Assembly (NCBI GenBank): GCA_964596775.1
Contig: CAZQVN010000007.1
Span: forward strand, 27,275-91,274
Origin: an uncultured bacterium
GTDB lineage: Bacteria; Eisenbacteria; RBG-16-71-46; JABDJR01; JAWXBZ01
Direction of reading: 5' to 3'
DNA: 64,000 nucleotides
Shown: piece after piece, positions 1 through 8,942 of the stretch
Numbering within the stretch: the stretch's first letter is position 1
How the letters are laid out: each line of letters begins with the position of its first letter
Notes under the pieces: generated by a model
What the model saw: only the letters and a program-made list of their open reading frames with translations
Databases searched by the model: none
Told to the model about the DNA's origin: nothing
Translations under genes and position numbers: made by a program

Positions 1-908
1 CCGGACGGAGCACCGGACGTGGTCGTTTCCGTGACCTCGGCTCCCCCACGCTCCTCGATCGGGATGTCCTTCCCCGAGGCGAGCGAGAAATCGAACGTGG
101 ACAGGGGCGCGGCCACATAGAACGGCACCCCGGCGGACTGCGCGGCCAGGGCCACGGTTAGGGTGCCTATCTTGTTGGCGGCATCACCGTTACGGGCTAC
201 GCGGTCCGCCCCGACGATGACCAGATCGACCTTCCCCGAGTGCAGGAGGCTCGCCGAGGCCCCGTCGCAGAGGACCGTCACCGGAATCCCCTCCCGGGCC
301 ATTTCCCAGGCGGTCAGGCGGGCCCCCTGGAGCAGTGGGCGTGTTTCGTCGGCAAACACACCCACCGCCCTCCCGGCCCGCCGGGCGGCGTAGACCGGGG
401 CCAGGGCCGTCCCGAGTCCCCCCGTGGCCAGGCCGCCGGCGTTGCAGTGGGTCAGGACGCCGGCCCCCTCCTTCAGCAGGGCCAGGCCGAACTCACCGAT
501 CTTCCGGGACGTTTCCAGGTCGGAATCGAGGATCGCCTGAGCCTCGGCACGAAGCCCCTCCGCCCGGGTTCCCGGATCGCCGTCCCGTTCTTTCGCGGCC
601 ATGGCCGCCATCCGGTCCAGCGCCCAGAACAGGTTGACCGCCGTCGGTCGGGTCCGGCGCAGTCGCGCGTCGGCGGCGGCGAGCGCGGCGTCGAGATCCT
701 TCCCCTCGCGCACCGCCCGGTGCGCCGCCATGGCGATGCCGAACGCGGCGCCGATGCCGATGGCGGGCGCCCCGCGGATCGCCAGCGTCTCGATCGCGTC
801 GGCCAGGATCTCGAGTTCGTCCGTCTCCACGAATTCGAGGCGGGCCGGCAGCAGGCGCTGATCGATGTAACGGACCTTTCCGTCCTTCCAGCGCACGGTT
901 TCAATCAT
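1..908 (-). CDS. mtnA: S-methyl-5-thioribose-1-phosphate isomerase (partial, 3' end beyond window start)
   Basis: Not in the ORF track; translated by hand from ATG at 908: MIETVRWKDGKVRYIDQRLLP...IRGAPAIG...RPTAVNL...LTHCNAGGLAT...DETRPLLQGARLTAWE. ATGA overlap with the upstream gene stop. Confidence 0.95.
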   Translation of the reverse strand, partial: MIETVRWKDGKVRYIDQRLLPARLEFVETDELEILADAIETLAIRGAPAIGIGAAFGIAMAAHRAVREGKDLDAALAAADARLRRTRPTAVNLFWALDRMAAMAAKERDGDPGTRAEGLRAEAQAILDSDLETSRKIGEFGLALLKEGAGVLTHCNAGGLATGGLGTALAPVYAARRAGRAVGVFADETRPLLQGARLTAWEMAREGIPVTVLCDGASASLLHSGKVDLVIVGADRVARNGDAANKIGTLTVALAAQSAGVPFYVAAPLSTFDFSLASGKDIPIEERGGAEVTETTTSGAPS

Positions 909-1966
909 GATGAGACCTTTCTCAGTAGTTCGAGGACACGGGCCAGCGGGAGCCCGACGACGTTTTCATAGGACCCCTCGATGCCGTCGACGAGGCAGGC
1001 GCCGAGCCCCTGGATGCCGTAGGCGCCGGCCTTGTCCATCGGTTCGTTCGTCTTCACGTAGGCGTCGATCTCCGCGGGGGACAGCGCGCGGAATGTCACG
1101 CGCGTCGTTTCCACGGCGGAGTCGATCTTACCATCCGCTCGGACCAGGGCTATCCCGGTGTGCACTTCGTGCGTCCTGCCGGAGAGCGATTCCAGCATCC
1201 GCCGCGCGTCGGCGTGGTTCACCGGCTTGTTGAGGAGCGCGCCGTCGATGTCGACGACCGTGTCGGCGGCCAGCAGCACGCGGCCGGGATTCCTCCCCGC
1301 CGCCGCCCTTGCCTTGCGTACGGCGAGTTCCAGCGCCACCTCCTTCGCCTTTGCCCCCGGCTCCGGGGTTTCATCCACGTCGATCAATACGATTTCGAAC
1401 GGGATTCCGGCCTTGCCGAGGATCTCGGCGCGGCGCGGGGATTGCGAGGCCAGCAGAAGGGGCGGGCCGGAGTAGACCGCGGCGCCGAGGCACGACTGGG
1501 CTCCGGGTTCCGGCGCGGCTGACGCCGCGTCGGTACTGATCATCAGCGTCACCGGTCCCTCGTTCACGATCGTCACCTTCATCATCGCCTGGAAGACGCC
1601 GGTGCGGACGTTCGCGATCCCGGCCGCCCGGAGTTCGGTCACGAACAACTCGTACAGTTCGTTCGCGACCTCCGGCCGCGCCGCGTCGGTGAACGACGGC
1701 CGCCTCCCCCGCTCCGCGTTCCCGTACAGCGTGAACTGCGACACGACGAGCGCCTCCCCGCCGGCTTCGAGAACGCTTCGGTTCATCCTGCCGGCGTCGT
1801 CCTCGAAGATGCGGAGGCCGGCGCACTTCCGCGCGAGCCACCCTGCATCGTCCGCCGTGTCCCCGGTCCGGACCCCGAGAAGGATCATCAGGCCCGGGCC
1901 GATCGAGGCGGAATGTCCGGGTGCGGTGACGGATGCCGAGGAAACGCGCTGGATCAGGGCTCGCAA
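905..1966 (-). CDS. dtd: Fused D-aminoacyl-tRNA deacylase (Dtd) / Maf-family nucleotide pyrophosphatase
   Basis: N-half (M)RALIQRV...SQFTL...NEGPVT (Dtd). C-half LLASQSPRR...ADTVV...DKAGAYGIQG...NVVGLP (Maf/YhdE). Start placed at TTG 1966 behind GGAG. Confidence 0.92.
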   Translation of the reverse strand: MRALIQRVSSASVTAPGHSASIGPGLMILLGVRTGDTADDAGWLARKCAGLRIFEDDAGRMNRSVLEAGGEALVVSQFTLYGNAERGRRPSFTDAARPEVANELYELFVTELRAAGIANVRTGVFQAMMKVTIVNEGPVTLMISTDAASAAPEPGAQSCLGAAVYSGPPLLLASQSPRRAEILGKAGIPFEIVLIDVDETPEPGAKAKEVALELAVRKARAAAGRNPGRVLLAADTVVDIDGALLNKPVNHADARRMLESLSGRTHEVHTGIALVRADGKIDSAVETTRVTFRALSPAEIDAYVKTNEPMDKAGAYGIQGLGACLVDGIEGSYENVVGLPLARVLELLRKVSS

Positions 1967-1991
1967 GGGATCTCCGGAGGACAAAAGAAGG

Positions 1992-2021
1992 GTGACACTG
2001 CGCTCGTTGCGGCGCTAGAAT
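1992..2021 (+). promoter_or_regulatory. Putative sigma70 promoter of the copper radical oxidase gene
   Basis: GTGACA-18 nt-TAGAAT; SD GGAG before ATG 2065. Confidence 0.45.
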
Positions 2022-2064
2022 AGCACTTCGATCGGTTTCTTCCACGTCCTCCAGGAGAATCCGA

Positions 2065-4953
2065 ATGCCGCGATTCCCGCGAACAGGAGCACCTCCGCAC
2101 AGCAACACCCGCCGGCGCCCCGGGCCCGCGATGTTCGCCGGCCTCCTGGCGGTGGCGGCGGCCGCGCTGCTCTCCTCCGTCGCAACGGCCGGTCCCCCTC
2201 CACCCGACCCGATCTACCGGCAGACCGGCTACTGGGAACCCCCGTACGACTGGGCCGGCCGCGGAACGCACATGGCGCTGTTGCGCGGAACGGATTCGCA
2301 CAGCCAGATCATCTTCTGGCACTCCGGCGACGGCGTGCGGATCTGGAAATGGAACCCCGGCGACAGTCTCTCGGCCTCGAGTCCGATTCTTCTGCGACCG
2401 ACCCCGGGCACGGACGTTCACTGCGCGGGCGAATCGATGCTCACCGACGGCCGGCTCTACGCCACCGGCGGCAACGAGGTCCTCGGGATCGACGAGGTCA
2501 ACATCTACGACCCGGTCACCACGCAGTGGACCCAGCAGCCGCTCGACATGGAGTATCACCGCTGGTACCCCACGAACACGACGCTGGCCGACGGCCGGGT
2601 GCTGATCACCGCGGGGCTGATGTTCCAGGAATACGTGGGCTTCGGCGGGCGGGACGACACCCAGGTCCACGACGACCTGGCGGTGCTCGGCATGAGGAAC
2701 CCGAGCGCGAACCTGTGGATCCCCTCGCAGGCCGCGGCACCGCGGCCTTCCGCCCGGGAGGATCACACCGCGATCTTCGACAATGCCCTCGGCGCCACGA
2801 CCTCGAACAATTATCGGTTTCAGCACCGGACGGTGATCTTCGGCGGCCGGTCCTTCGGCGGCCCGCCGATGTCCGACGTGTGGGCGCTTCACCGCAGCGA
2901 GTTTTCCGAGTGGAGCTGGACGCAGCAGTTCCCCGCCGCCGACGCCCTGTGGGGAGCACCCGCGGCCCGGAGTGGTCACGCGGCCGCCTTCGACCGCCCG
3001 GACTCGAGCATGGTCGTGATCGGCGGAACCGATGCCGCCGGCCAGCCGCTCGGCGATGTCTGGAAGCTGTTCCTCTACCGGAGCGGGGGCGGCCTGTGGG
3101 CGCGCCTGTTTCCGGCCGGCGGCGACTCGACGCTGCCGCGCTCCGGACACACGGTCGTCTACGACGCCGCGGCGCGCCGGGTGATCCTCTTCGGGGGGCG
3201 GAGCGGTGCCGCGTACCACAACGACGTGTGGCAGCTGTCCCTTTCCGGAACTCCGGCGTGGACAAAACTGGTCACGACGGGAACGCCTCCGGCGCCGCGC
3301 GAGGGGCACGCCGCCCAGTTCGACACGGCGCGGAACCGGATGATCGTCTACGGAGGACGGAACGGATCGACGCCGTTCGGGGATGGCTTCACGCTCTCGC
3401 TCGGCGGCGGAACGCCCCAGTGGGCGGCGCTGACGCCGGCCCCCGACGCGCAGGCGGGAACCCCGGCGGCCCGGTTCGATGCCGCGGCCGCTTACGACGC
3501 CTACTCCGACCGCCTGCTGATTCACGGCGGCGACACCGACACGACGTCGGGCGCCGGTGCCGCCGGCGACTTCTGGGCCATCAACTTCTGGCCGGCCCCG
3601 GCCTGGCGGCGTCACCACGCGACCCTGCCCGCGGGAGGTCGCGCGGGGCACGCGGCGCTCCTCGATCCGCGGTTCCTCCACGCGCCGTACCCGGAGATCT
3701 ACGACCCCGACGCGGACACCTACACCCTGCTCGGCGACGCCCAAAAGGTGACGGTCTTCTATCCGAACATGTATCTCCTGCCGGGAGGCAAGGTCCTCAT
3801 GGCCGGAGCCCAGGTGTCCACGTTTCTCCTGAACCTGTCCACCGGCCAGTGGGAAACCCCGCCGTGGACGAACAGCGGATTCAGCGGCTTCACCGCGACG
3901 ATGTACCGCCCCGGCATGGTGCTCAAGTGCGGGGGCGCCGGCAACACGGGGGCCTCCACCACGAAGCGGATCGACCTTTCCGGCGACGTCCAGTCGGCCT
4001 CCTGGCAATCCGTGGCCGCCTCGCCGCCGCTGATCCCCCGCGTGCTCCAGAACCTGGTCGTCCTTCCGACCGGCGATGTGCTGGCCACCGGCGGCATGGG
4101 CGACCAGAACGTGGTGGCCACCGCCGTGCGGTACCCGCAGATCTGGAGCCCGGTCACGGATGCATGGACCGACTCCGCGCTCCTCGCCCCCGATCCCTGC
4201 GTGCGCGACTACCACTCGTCGTCGATTCTCCTGCCCGACGGACGGATCCTGTCGGCCGGAGGGGAGTTGAACGCCGGCCCCGGAGGTCGCGACAAGTTCC
4301 GCGCCTCGATCTTCTGGCCTCCGTACCTCTTCGACGCCGCGGGGGCACCGGCCGCCCGCCCGGAGGTGACCTCCTCCGACAGCGCCGCCGCCTACGGAGC
4401 CCCCTTCTCCGTCTGCACGCCGGCGGCGGCCTCGATCCAGAGCGTCTGCCTCATGCGACCCGCGGCCACGACGCACGGAGTGGACATGGAGGCGCGCTAC
4501 GTGCCGCTTGGCTTCAGCGTCAGCGGGAACTGCCTGTCCGTGACCGCCCCCCCGGACGGCAACACGGCGCCGCCCGGCCTGTACTTGCTCTATCTCGTGA
4601 CGCAGGACTCGGTGCCGTCGATCGGCCGCTGGATCCGCCTGGGCGCTCCGGTGTCCGGCGCGCCCCCCGCCGGGATCCGGACGCCGGAGCTGTCCGCCTA
4701 CCCGAATCCGTTCCGCGCCGGCACGCGGTTTCACTACGTCCTGGATCGCGGCGGACCGGTGTCGCTGGTCATCGTCGACGTGGCCGGAAGGGTCGTGCGC
4801 TCTCTCCTGGAATCGGAAACGGGCCGCGGCGCCCACGAGGCGGAGTGGAACGGGCTGGACGATCGAGGGGCGCCGGTGGCGGCGGGCGTCTATTTCGCGA
4901 GGCTGTCCACGGAGTCGGGAGTGAGCGTGAAGAAGGTGACGGTGAAACGGTAG
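2065..4953 (+). CDS. Secreted galactose-oxidase-like copper radical oxidase (AA5-like) with inserted Kelch propeller, DUF1929-like Ig domain and C-terminal FlgD-Ig/T9SS-like domain
   Basis: Signal peptide; DVHCAG, RWYPT, RDYHSSSILLPDGR and TTHG motifs; six Kelch GG repeats; C-terminal YPNPF...WNGLDDRG...GVYF. Confidence 0.85.
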   Translation: MPRFPRTGAPPHSNTRRRPGPAMFAGLLAVAAAALLSSVATAGPPPPDPIYRQTGYWEPPYDWAGRGTHMALLRGTDSHSQIIFWHSGDGVRIWKWNPGDSLSASSPILLRPTPGTDVHCAGESMLTDGRLYATGGNEVLGIDEVNIYDPVTTQWTQQPLDMEYHRWYPTNTTLADGRVLITAGLMFQEYVGFGGRDDTQVHDDLAVLGMRNPSANLWIPSQAAAPRPSAREDHTAIFDNALGATTSNNYRFQHRTVIFGGRSFGGPPMSDVWALHRSEFSEWSWTQQFPAADALWGAPAARSGHAAAFDRPDSSMVVIGGTDAAGQPLGDVWKLFLYRSGGGLWARLFPAGGDSTLPRSGHTVVYDAAARRVILFGGRSGAAYHNDVWQLSLSGTPAWTKLVTTGTPPAPREGHAAQFDTARNRMIVYGGRNGSTPFGDGFTLSLGGGTPQWAALTPAPDAQAGTPAARFDAAAAYDAYSDRLLIHGGDTDTTSGAGAAGDFWAINFWPAPAWRRHHATLPAGGRAGHAALLDPRFLHAPYPEIYDPDADTYTLLGDAQKVTVFYPNMYLLPGGKVLMAGAQVSTFLLNLSTGQWETPPWTNSGFSGFTATMYRPGMVLKCGGAGNTGASTTKRIDLSGDVQSASWQSVAASPPLIPRVLQNLVVLPTGDVLATGGMGDQNVVATAVRYPQIWSPVTDAWTDSALLAPDPCVRDYHSSSILLPDGRILSAGGELNAGPGGRDKFRASIFWPPYLFDAAGAPAARPEVTSSDSAAAYGAPFSVCTPAAASIQSVCLMRPAATTHGVDMEARYVPLGFSVSGNCLSVTAPPDGNTAPPGLYLLYLVTQDSVPSIGRWIRLGAPVSGAPPAGIRTPELSAYPNPFRAGTRFHYVLDRGGPVSLVIVDVAGRVVRSLLESETGRGAHEAEWNGLDDRGAPVAAGVYFARLSTESGVSVKKVTVKR

Positions 4954-4960
4954 GAGAGCC

Positions 4961-7153
4961 TCAGGCCGTCCCCTCCTCCTCCAGATCGTCGAACAGGAAC
5001 TGGTGCCGCTCCACGCTCGATACCCCCTTCACCTTCTTGATCGCCTTGATCACCCGTTGCAGGTGATTGAGGTTCTTGACCTCGATGATGAACGTGCCCT
5101 GGGCCTGGCCGTCCACGGATTTCATTCCGGCGTTCTTGATGTTCGTGGCCGTCGTCGAAACCGCCGACGCGATGTCCGCAAGCAGCATCTGGCGGTCGGA
5201 CCCGTAGATCACGAGCTTCACGACGAACGACTTGTCCTCGTCGACGTCCCACGAGAGGTCCATCCGCCGGTCCTTGTCGACCTTGTCCTCGAACGTGTTC
5301 GGACAGTCCACCCGGTGCACGGACAGGCCGCGGCCGCGGGTCACGATGCCGATCACCTGGTCGCCGGGAACGGGCTGGCAGCAGCGGGCAAAGTAGATCA
5401 TCAGGTTGCCCACGTCCTGGATGCGGATCCCCTTGCCGGTGCCGATCGTCAGGTCCTTGATCCGCTGGAGCGGGTTCAGCTCCTTCTTCTTCTCCGCGAT
5501 CTCCGGGAACAGGCGGACCAGCGCGTTGTGGGCGCCCACGTGACCTTCGCCGATGGCCCGGAGCAGCCGGAACGGATCGGGAAAGCCGAACGACTGCGCC
5601 GCGTCGATGAGATCCTTGTCCACCGGAACCTTCACGTGGAAGCGCCGCGCCTCGCGGCCGAGCAGGTCGCGGCCCAGCGCCACCGAGTCCTCCGTCCGCT
5701 GCTCGGTCAGCCAGCGACGGATCTTCTGGCGCGCCCGCGGCGACTTGACGATCGACGTCCACTCCTCGGTCGGATGCGCGGACGGCGAGGTCACGATCTG
5801 TATCGAATCCCCGTTCCGCAGCACGTACTTGAGCGACACGATCCGGTTGTTGACCCGGGCGCCGACGGTGCGATGGCCGATGTCGGTGTGAATGAGGTAG
5901 GCAAAGTCGAGCGGCGTGGATCCCTTCGGCAGCCGTTTCAACTCCCCCTTGGGGGTGAACACGAAGACCTCGTCCTGGTACAACGAGGTCTTGAGAAAGT
6001 CCATGAATTCGCCGCCCGACTCGTCGGAGAGCATTCCCGATTCGCCGAAGAGGTCGCCGAGCTTGGCGGCGAGTTCCGAATCGGGCCCCGACCCTTCCTT
6101 GTAGGAATAGTGGGCGGCGATTCCGAGTTCGGCGATCCGGTGCATCTCCACCGTGCGGATCTGCACCTCCACCATCTTGTGGTTGGGGCCGATGACCGTC
6201 GTGTGCAGCGACTGGTACATGTTCCCCTTCGGCGTGGCGATGTAGTCCTTGAACCGCTCGTGCACCGGCGTGAACAGGTCGTGCAGCACGCCGAGAACCC
6301 GGTAGCAGTCGGCCTTGTCCTGCGTGACCACCCGGACGCCGAGCAGGTCCTTGATGTCGGCGAAGTCGCGTTCCTGGGTGACCATCTTCCGGTAGATCGA
6401 GTAGAGATGCTTCGGCCTCCCGGTGACCTCGGCCCTGATTCCGGCCTTCTCCAGTTCGGTGGTCATCGGGGTCAGCACGTCGGAGATGAGCCGCTCGCGC
6501 TCCGACCGGGTCAGCGACACCTTCTCCGCGAGTTCCTTGTACCGCGGGTAGTTGAGATGCTTGAAGGACAGGTCCTCGAGCTCCCACTTGATCCGCCCGA
6601 TCCCGAGGCGATGCGCCAGCGGCGCGTAGATGTCCTGCGTTTCCCTGGCGATCCGCCGCGCCTTCTCCGGCTTCAGGAAGTCGAGCGTGCGCATGTTGTG
6701 CAGGCGGTCGGCCAGCTTGATGAGGATGACCCGGATGTCCTTGGCCGTGGAGAGGAGCATGCGGCGGAAGTTTTCCGCCTGTTCCGACTCGGTGGATTCG
6801 AACTCGAACCCGGTGATCTTCGTGACCCCGGCCACCAGCGCCGCCACCTCCTCGGAAAACTCCGTGGACAGCGTGTCCAGCGTGATGTCGGTGTCCTCGA
6901 CCACGTCGTGGAGCAGGGCCGCGATGAGCACCGTCTCGTCCACGCGCCCGTCGAGAAGCTCGACGAGAATGCGGGCCACCTCGACCGGGTGGTACATGTA
7001 CGGCTCGCCGGACTTCCTGAACTGGCCGGCGTGGGCGCTGTTCGAGAAATGAAACGCCCGCCGGATCGCGTCCCTGTCCAGATCGAGGTGCCGCGCGTCG
7101 ATTTCGCCGATCAGGGAATCGATGATGCCGCTCGACCTGTCCCCGGGAATCAT
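4961..7153 (-). CDS. rel: Bifunctional (p)ppGpp synthetase/hydrolase, long RSH
   Basis: RKSGEPY, LLHDVVED (HD), KLADRLHNMRTL, GRPKHLYSIYRKM, YQSLHT, TGS (PKGSTPLDFAY) and ACT domains. Start ATG 7153 overlaps the recJ TGA. Confidence 0.96.
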   Translation of the reverse strand: MIPGDRSSGIIDSLIGEIDARHLDLDRDAIRRAFHFSNSAHAGQFRKSGEPYMYHPVEVARILVELLDGRVDETVLIAALLHDVVEDTDITLDTLSTEFSEEVAALVAGVTKITGFEFESTESEQAENFRRMLLSTAKDIRVILIKLADRLHNMRTLDFLKPEKARRIARETQDIYAPLAHRLGIGRIKWELEDLSFKHLNYPRYKELAEKVSLTRSERERLISDVLTPMTTELEKAGIRAEVTGRPKHLYSIYRKMVTQERDFADIKDLLGVRVVTQDKADCYRVLGVLHDLFTPVHERFKDYIATPKGNMYQSLHTTVIGPNHKMVEVQIRTVEMHRIAELGIAAHYSYKEGSGPDSELAAKLGDLFGESGMLSDESGGEFMDFLKTSLYQDEVFVFTPKGELKRLPKGSTPLDFAYLIHTDIGHRTVGARVNNRIVSLKYVLRNGDSIQIVTSPSAHPTEEWTSIVKSPRARQKIRRWLTEQRTEDSVALGRDLLGREARRFHVKVPVDKDLIDAAQSFGFPDPFRLLRAIGEGHVGAHNALVRLFPEIAEKKKELNPLQRIKDLTIGTGKGIRIQDVGNLMIYFARCCQPVPGDQVIGIVTRGRGLSVHRVDCPNTFEDKVDKDRRMDLSWDVDEDKSFVVKLVIYGSDRQMLLADIASAVSTTATNIKNAGMKSVDGQAQGTFIIEVKNLNHLQRVIKAIKKVKGVSSVERHQFLFDDLEEEGTA

Positions 7154-8868
7154 GCTCCGGCCCTCACGTCGCGGAAGCGCAGCTGGATGGCGCCTTCGCC
7201 CGCGTACTCGTCGAGTGCCGGAGTGGCGGCGAGCGTGGCCCGGCCTCCGCCCCGGGCCAGTTCCTCCGCATGCTGGGCCAGGTTGAAGCCGATGGCCGTC
7301 ATCCGCTGCCGGCCGTTCGTCACCCGGAGCCGGAGATGACCGTCGCCGACAATCCGGGGCGGGCCCATCATCTTGAGGTCGCGCAGGAGGAACAGCGGCT
7401 CGGGACACCCGGCGCCGAACGGGCCGAGCCGGTCGAGAAAGTCGAGGAGCCCGGTGTCGAGGTCCTCCGGCTGAAGGTCCGCGTCGAGGGTCAGCGGCTG
7501 GTGGTCGGTGTCCGGCGCCGCGTCCCGGACCAGGCCGCAGAGCCGTTCGAACAACTCGTCGAGGCGGTCGCGGTGAACGGTCAGGCCCGCCGCCTGGCTG
7601 TGACCCCCGTGCGCGATCAGGATGTCGGACATCTCGGCGAACGACCGGCCCACATCGAAGCCGCCGAACGAGCGGGCCGAACCGCGGCCGACGTCTCCCT
7701 CCATGGAAATGAGCAGCGTGGGGCGGCGGAACGTTTCGGCCACGCGGGCGGCGGCGATGCCGATCACGCCGGCCGGCCAGTCGTTCGACCAGAGGACGAT
7801 CATGGGCGGGACCTCGCCGAACGCCTCGACCTGTTCCTTCGCGGCCAGCGTCACCCGCTGGTCCGCCTCGCGGCGCTCGGTGTTCATCGTCACGACATCC
7901 CTCGCCAGCGCCTCGGCCTGTTCGAGCGTGTCGGCGAGCAGCAGGTCCACGCCGAGCGAGGCCTTCCCCATGCGCCCGGTCGCGTTCAGCCGCGGAGCGA
8001 GCTGGAACGCCACCTGCGATGCGCTGATTATCCCGGGCGAAAGTTTCGCCGTGTTGCGGAGCGCCACGATGCCCGGCCACTCCGACCGCGACAGGGCGCG
8101 GAGCCCGTGCACCACGAACGTCCGGTTCTCGTCGGTCAGCGGAACGACGTCGGCGATCGTGCCGAGGGCCACCAGCGACAGCGCGTCCACGTAGACCAGC
8201 GGATCCAGGGAGCCCCGGCGCGTCATGGCCATCCCCTGGATGAACTTGGCCGCCACCCCGACGCCGCAGAGCCCGGTGAACGGGTACGTGGCGTCCTCGC
8301 GCATGGCGTCGACGACGGCCACCGCGTTGGGCAGCACCGGCGGGGGCTGGTGATGATCGAGCACGATCAGGTCGATGCCGTGACGGCGGGCCTCCTCGGC
8401 GGGCTCGTTGGCGGTGACGCCGCAGTCCACCGCGATGATCAGGCGGGCGCCGCGCCGGCGCGCCTCGGCAAGCCCGGCGGGCCCGAGTCCGTAGCCGTCC
8501 TTGACCCGCTCGGGCAGAAAATAGGACACGTCCGCCTTGAGTTCGCGAAGCATCTTGAGGAGAAACGACGTGCCGACGATGCCGTCCACGTCGTAATCGC
8601 CGTGCACGAGGATCGGTTCCTTCCGATCGATCGCCTGCCACGCGCGTTCGACGGCCCTGTCCATGTCGGGAAGGCCGAACGGATCGCGGAGCGCCTTGAG
8701 CCTCGGGTCGAGGAAGCGGGTGGCGGTTTCCGGGCTGGAAACGCCGCGGCGGAGCAGAAGTTCGGCGCCGATCCTCGGGACCCCGAGCGCATGAACGAGC
8801 GACGCGGCTTCCGCTTCTGGTACAGCGGGAGCCACGATCCAGTCGCGCTCCATCCCTTTCAGTCTCAC
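7150..8868 (-). CDS. recJ: Single-stranded DNA exonuclease RecJ
   Basis: GDYDVDG, VDCG, DHH, LGTIADVVPL, APRLNATGR, GSARS, GGHSQAAG; GGAGG before the GTG. Confidence 0.96.
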   Translation of the reverse strand: MRLKGMERDWIVAPAVPEAEAASLVHALGVPRIGAELLLRRGVSSPETATRFLDPRLKALRDPFGLPDMDRAVERAWQAIDRKEPILVHGDYDVDGIVGTSFLLKMLRELKADVSYFLPERVKDGYGLGPAGLAEARRRGARLIIAVDCGVTANEPAEEARRHGIDLIVLDHHQPPPVLPNAVAVVDAMREDATYPFTGLCGVGVAAKFIQGMAMTRRGSLDPLVYVDALSLVALGTIADVVPLTDENRTFVVHGLRALSRSEWPGIVALRNTAKLSPGIISASQVAFQLAPRLNATGRMGKASLGVDLLLADTLEQAEALARDVVTMNTERREADQRVTLAAKEQVEAFGEVPPMIVLWSNDWPAGVIGIAAARVAETFRRPTLLISMEGDVGRGSARSFGGFDVGRSFAEMSDILIAHGGHSQAAGLTVHRDRLDELFERLCGLVRDAAPDTDHQPLTLDADLQPEDLDTGLLDFLDRLGPFGAGCPEPLFLLRDLKMMGPPRIVGDGHLRLRVTNGRQRMTAIGFNLAQHAEELARGGGRATLAATPALDEYAGEGAIQLRFRDVRAGA

Positions 8869-8909
8869 CGGCGCCTCCGCAGGTTGGATGATTATATAAA
8901 TCCAATCCT

Positions 8910-8938
8910 AATCTAGGCTTCCGGTCACATCATGTCAA
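8910..8938 (-). promoter_or_regulatory. sigma70 promoter of recJ-rel
   Basis: Minus strand TTGACA (8938-8933)-17 nt-TAGATT (8915-8910). Confidence 0.75.
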
Positions 8939-8942
8939 GGAT

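Noticed and set aside
2016-2030. TAGCACT half-site resembling CIRCE (also at 17570)
   Set aside because: No second inverted half-site at 9 nt spacing, and no chaperone gene nearby.
1954-4836. Long antisense or alternate-frame ORFs (960 aa here; also 5003..7339, 11443..15342, 44697..48470, 55902..58559 and others)
   Set aside because: They are mirrors of real genes caused by GC3 bias; no motifs or SD.
7154-8905. ORF track joins a 584-codon N-terminal extension to Rel, overlapping recJ (1314 aa)
   Set aside because: The extension is Arg/Gly/Pro-rich shadow translation typical of high GC. Rel homology starts at MIPGDR with an ATGA overlap.
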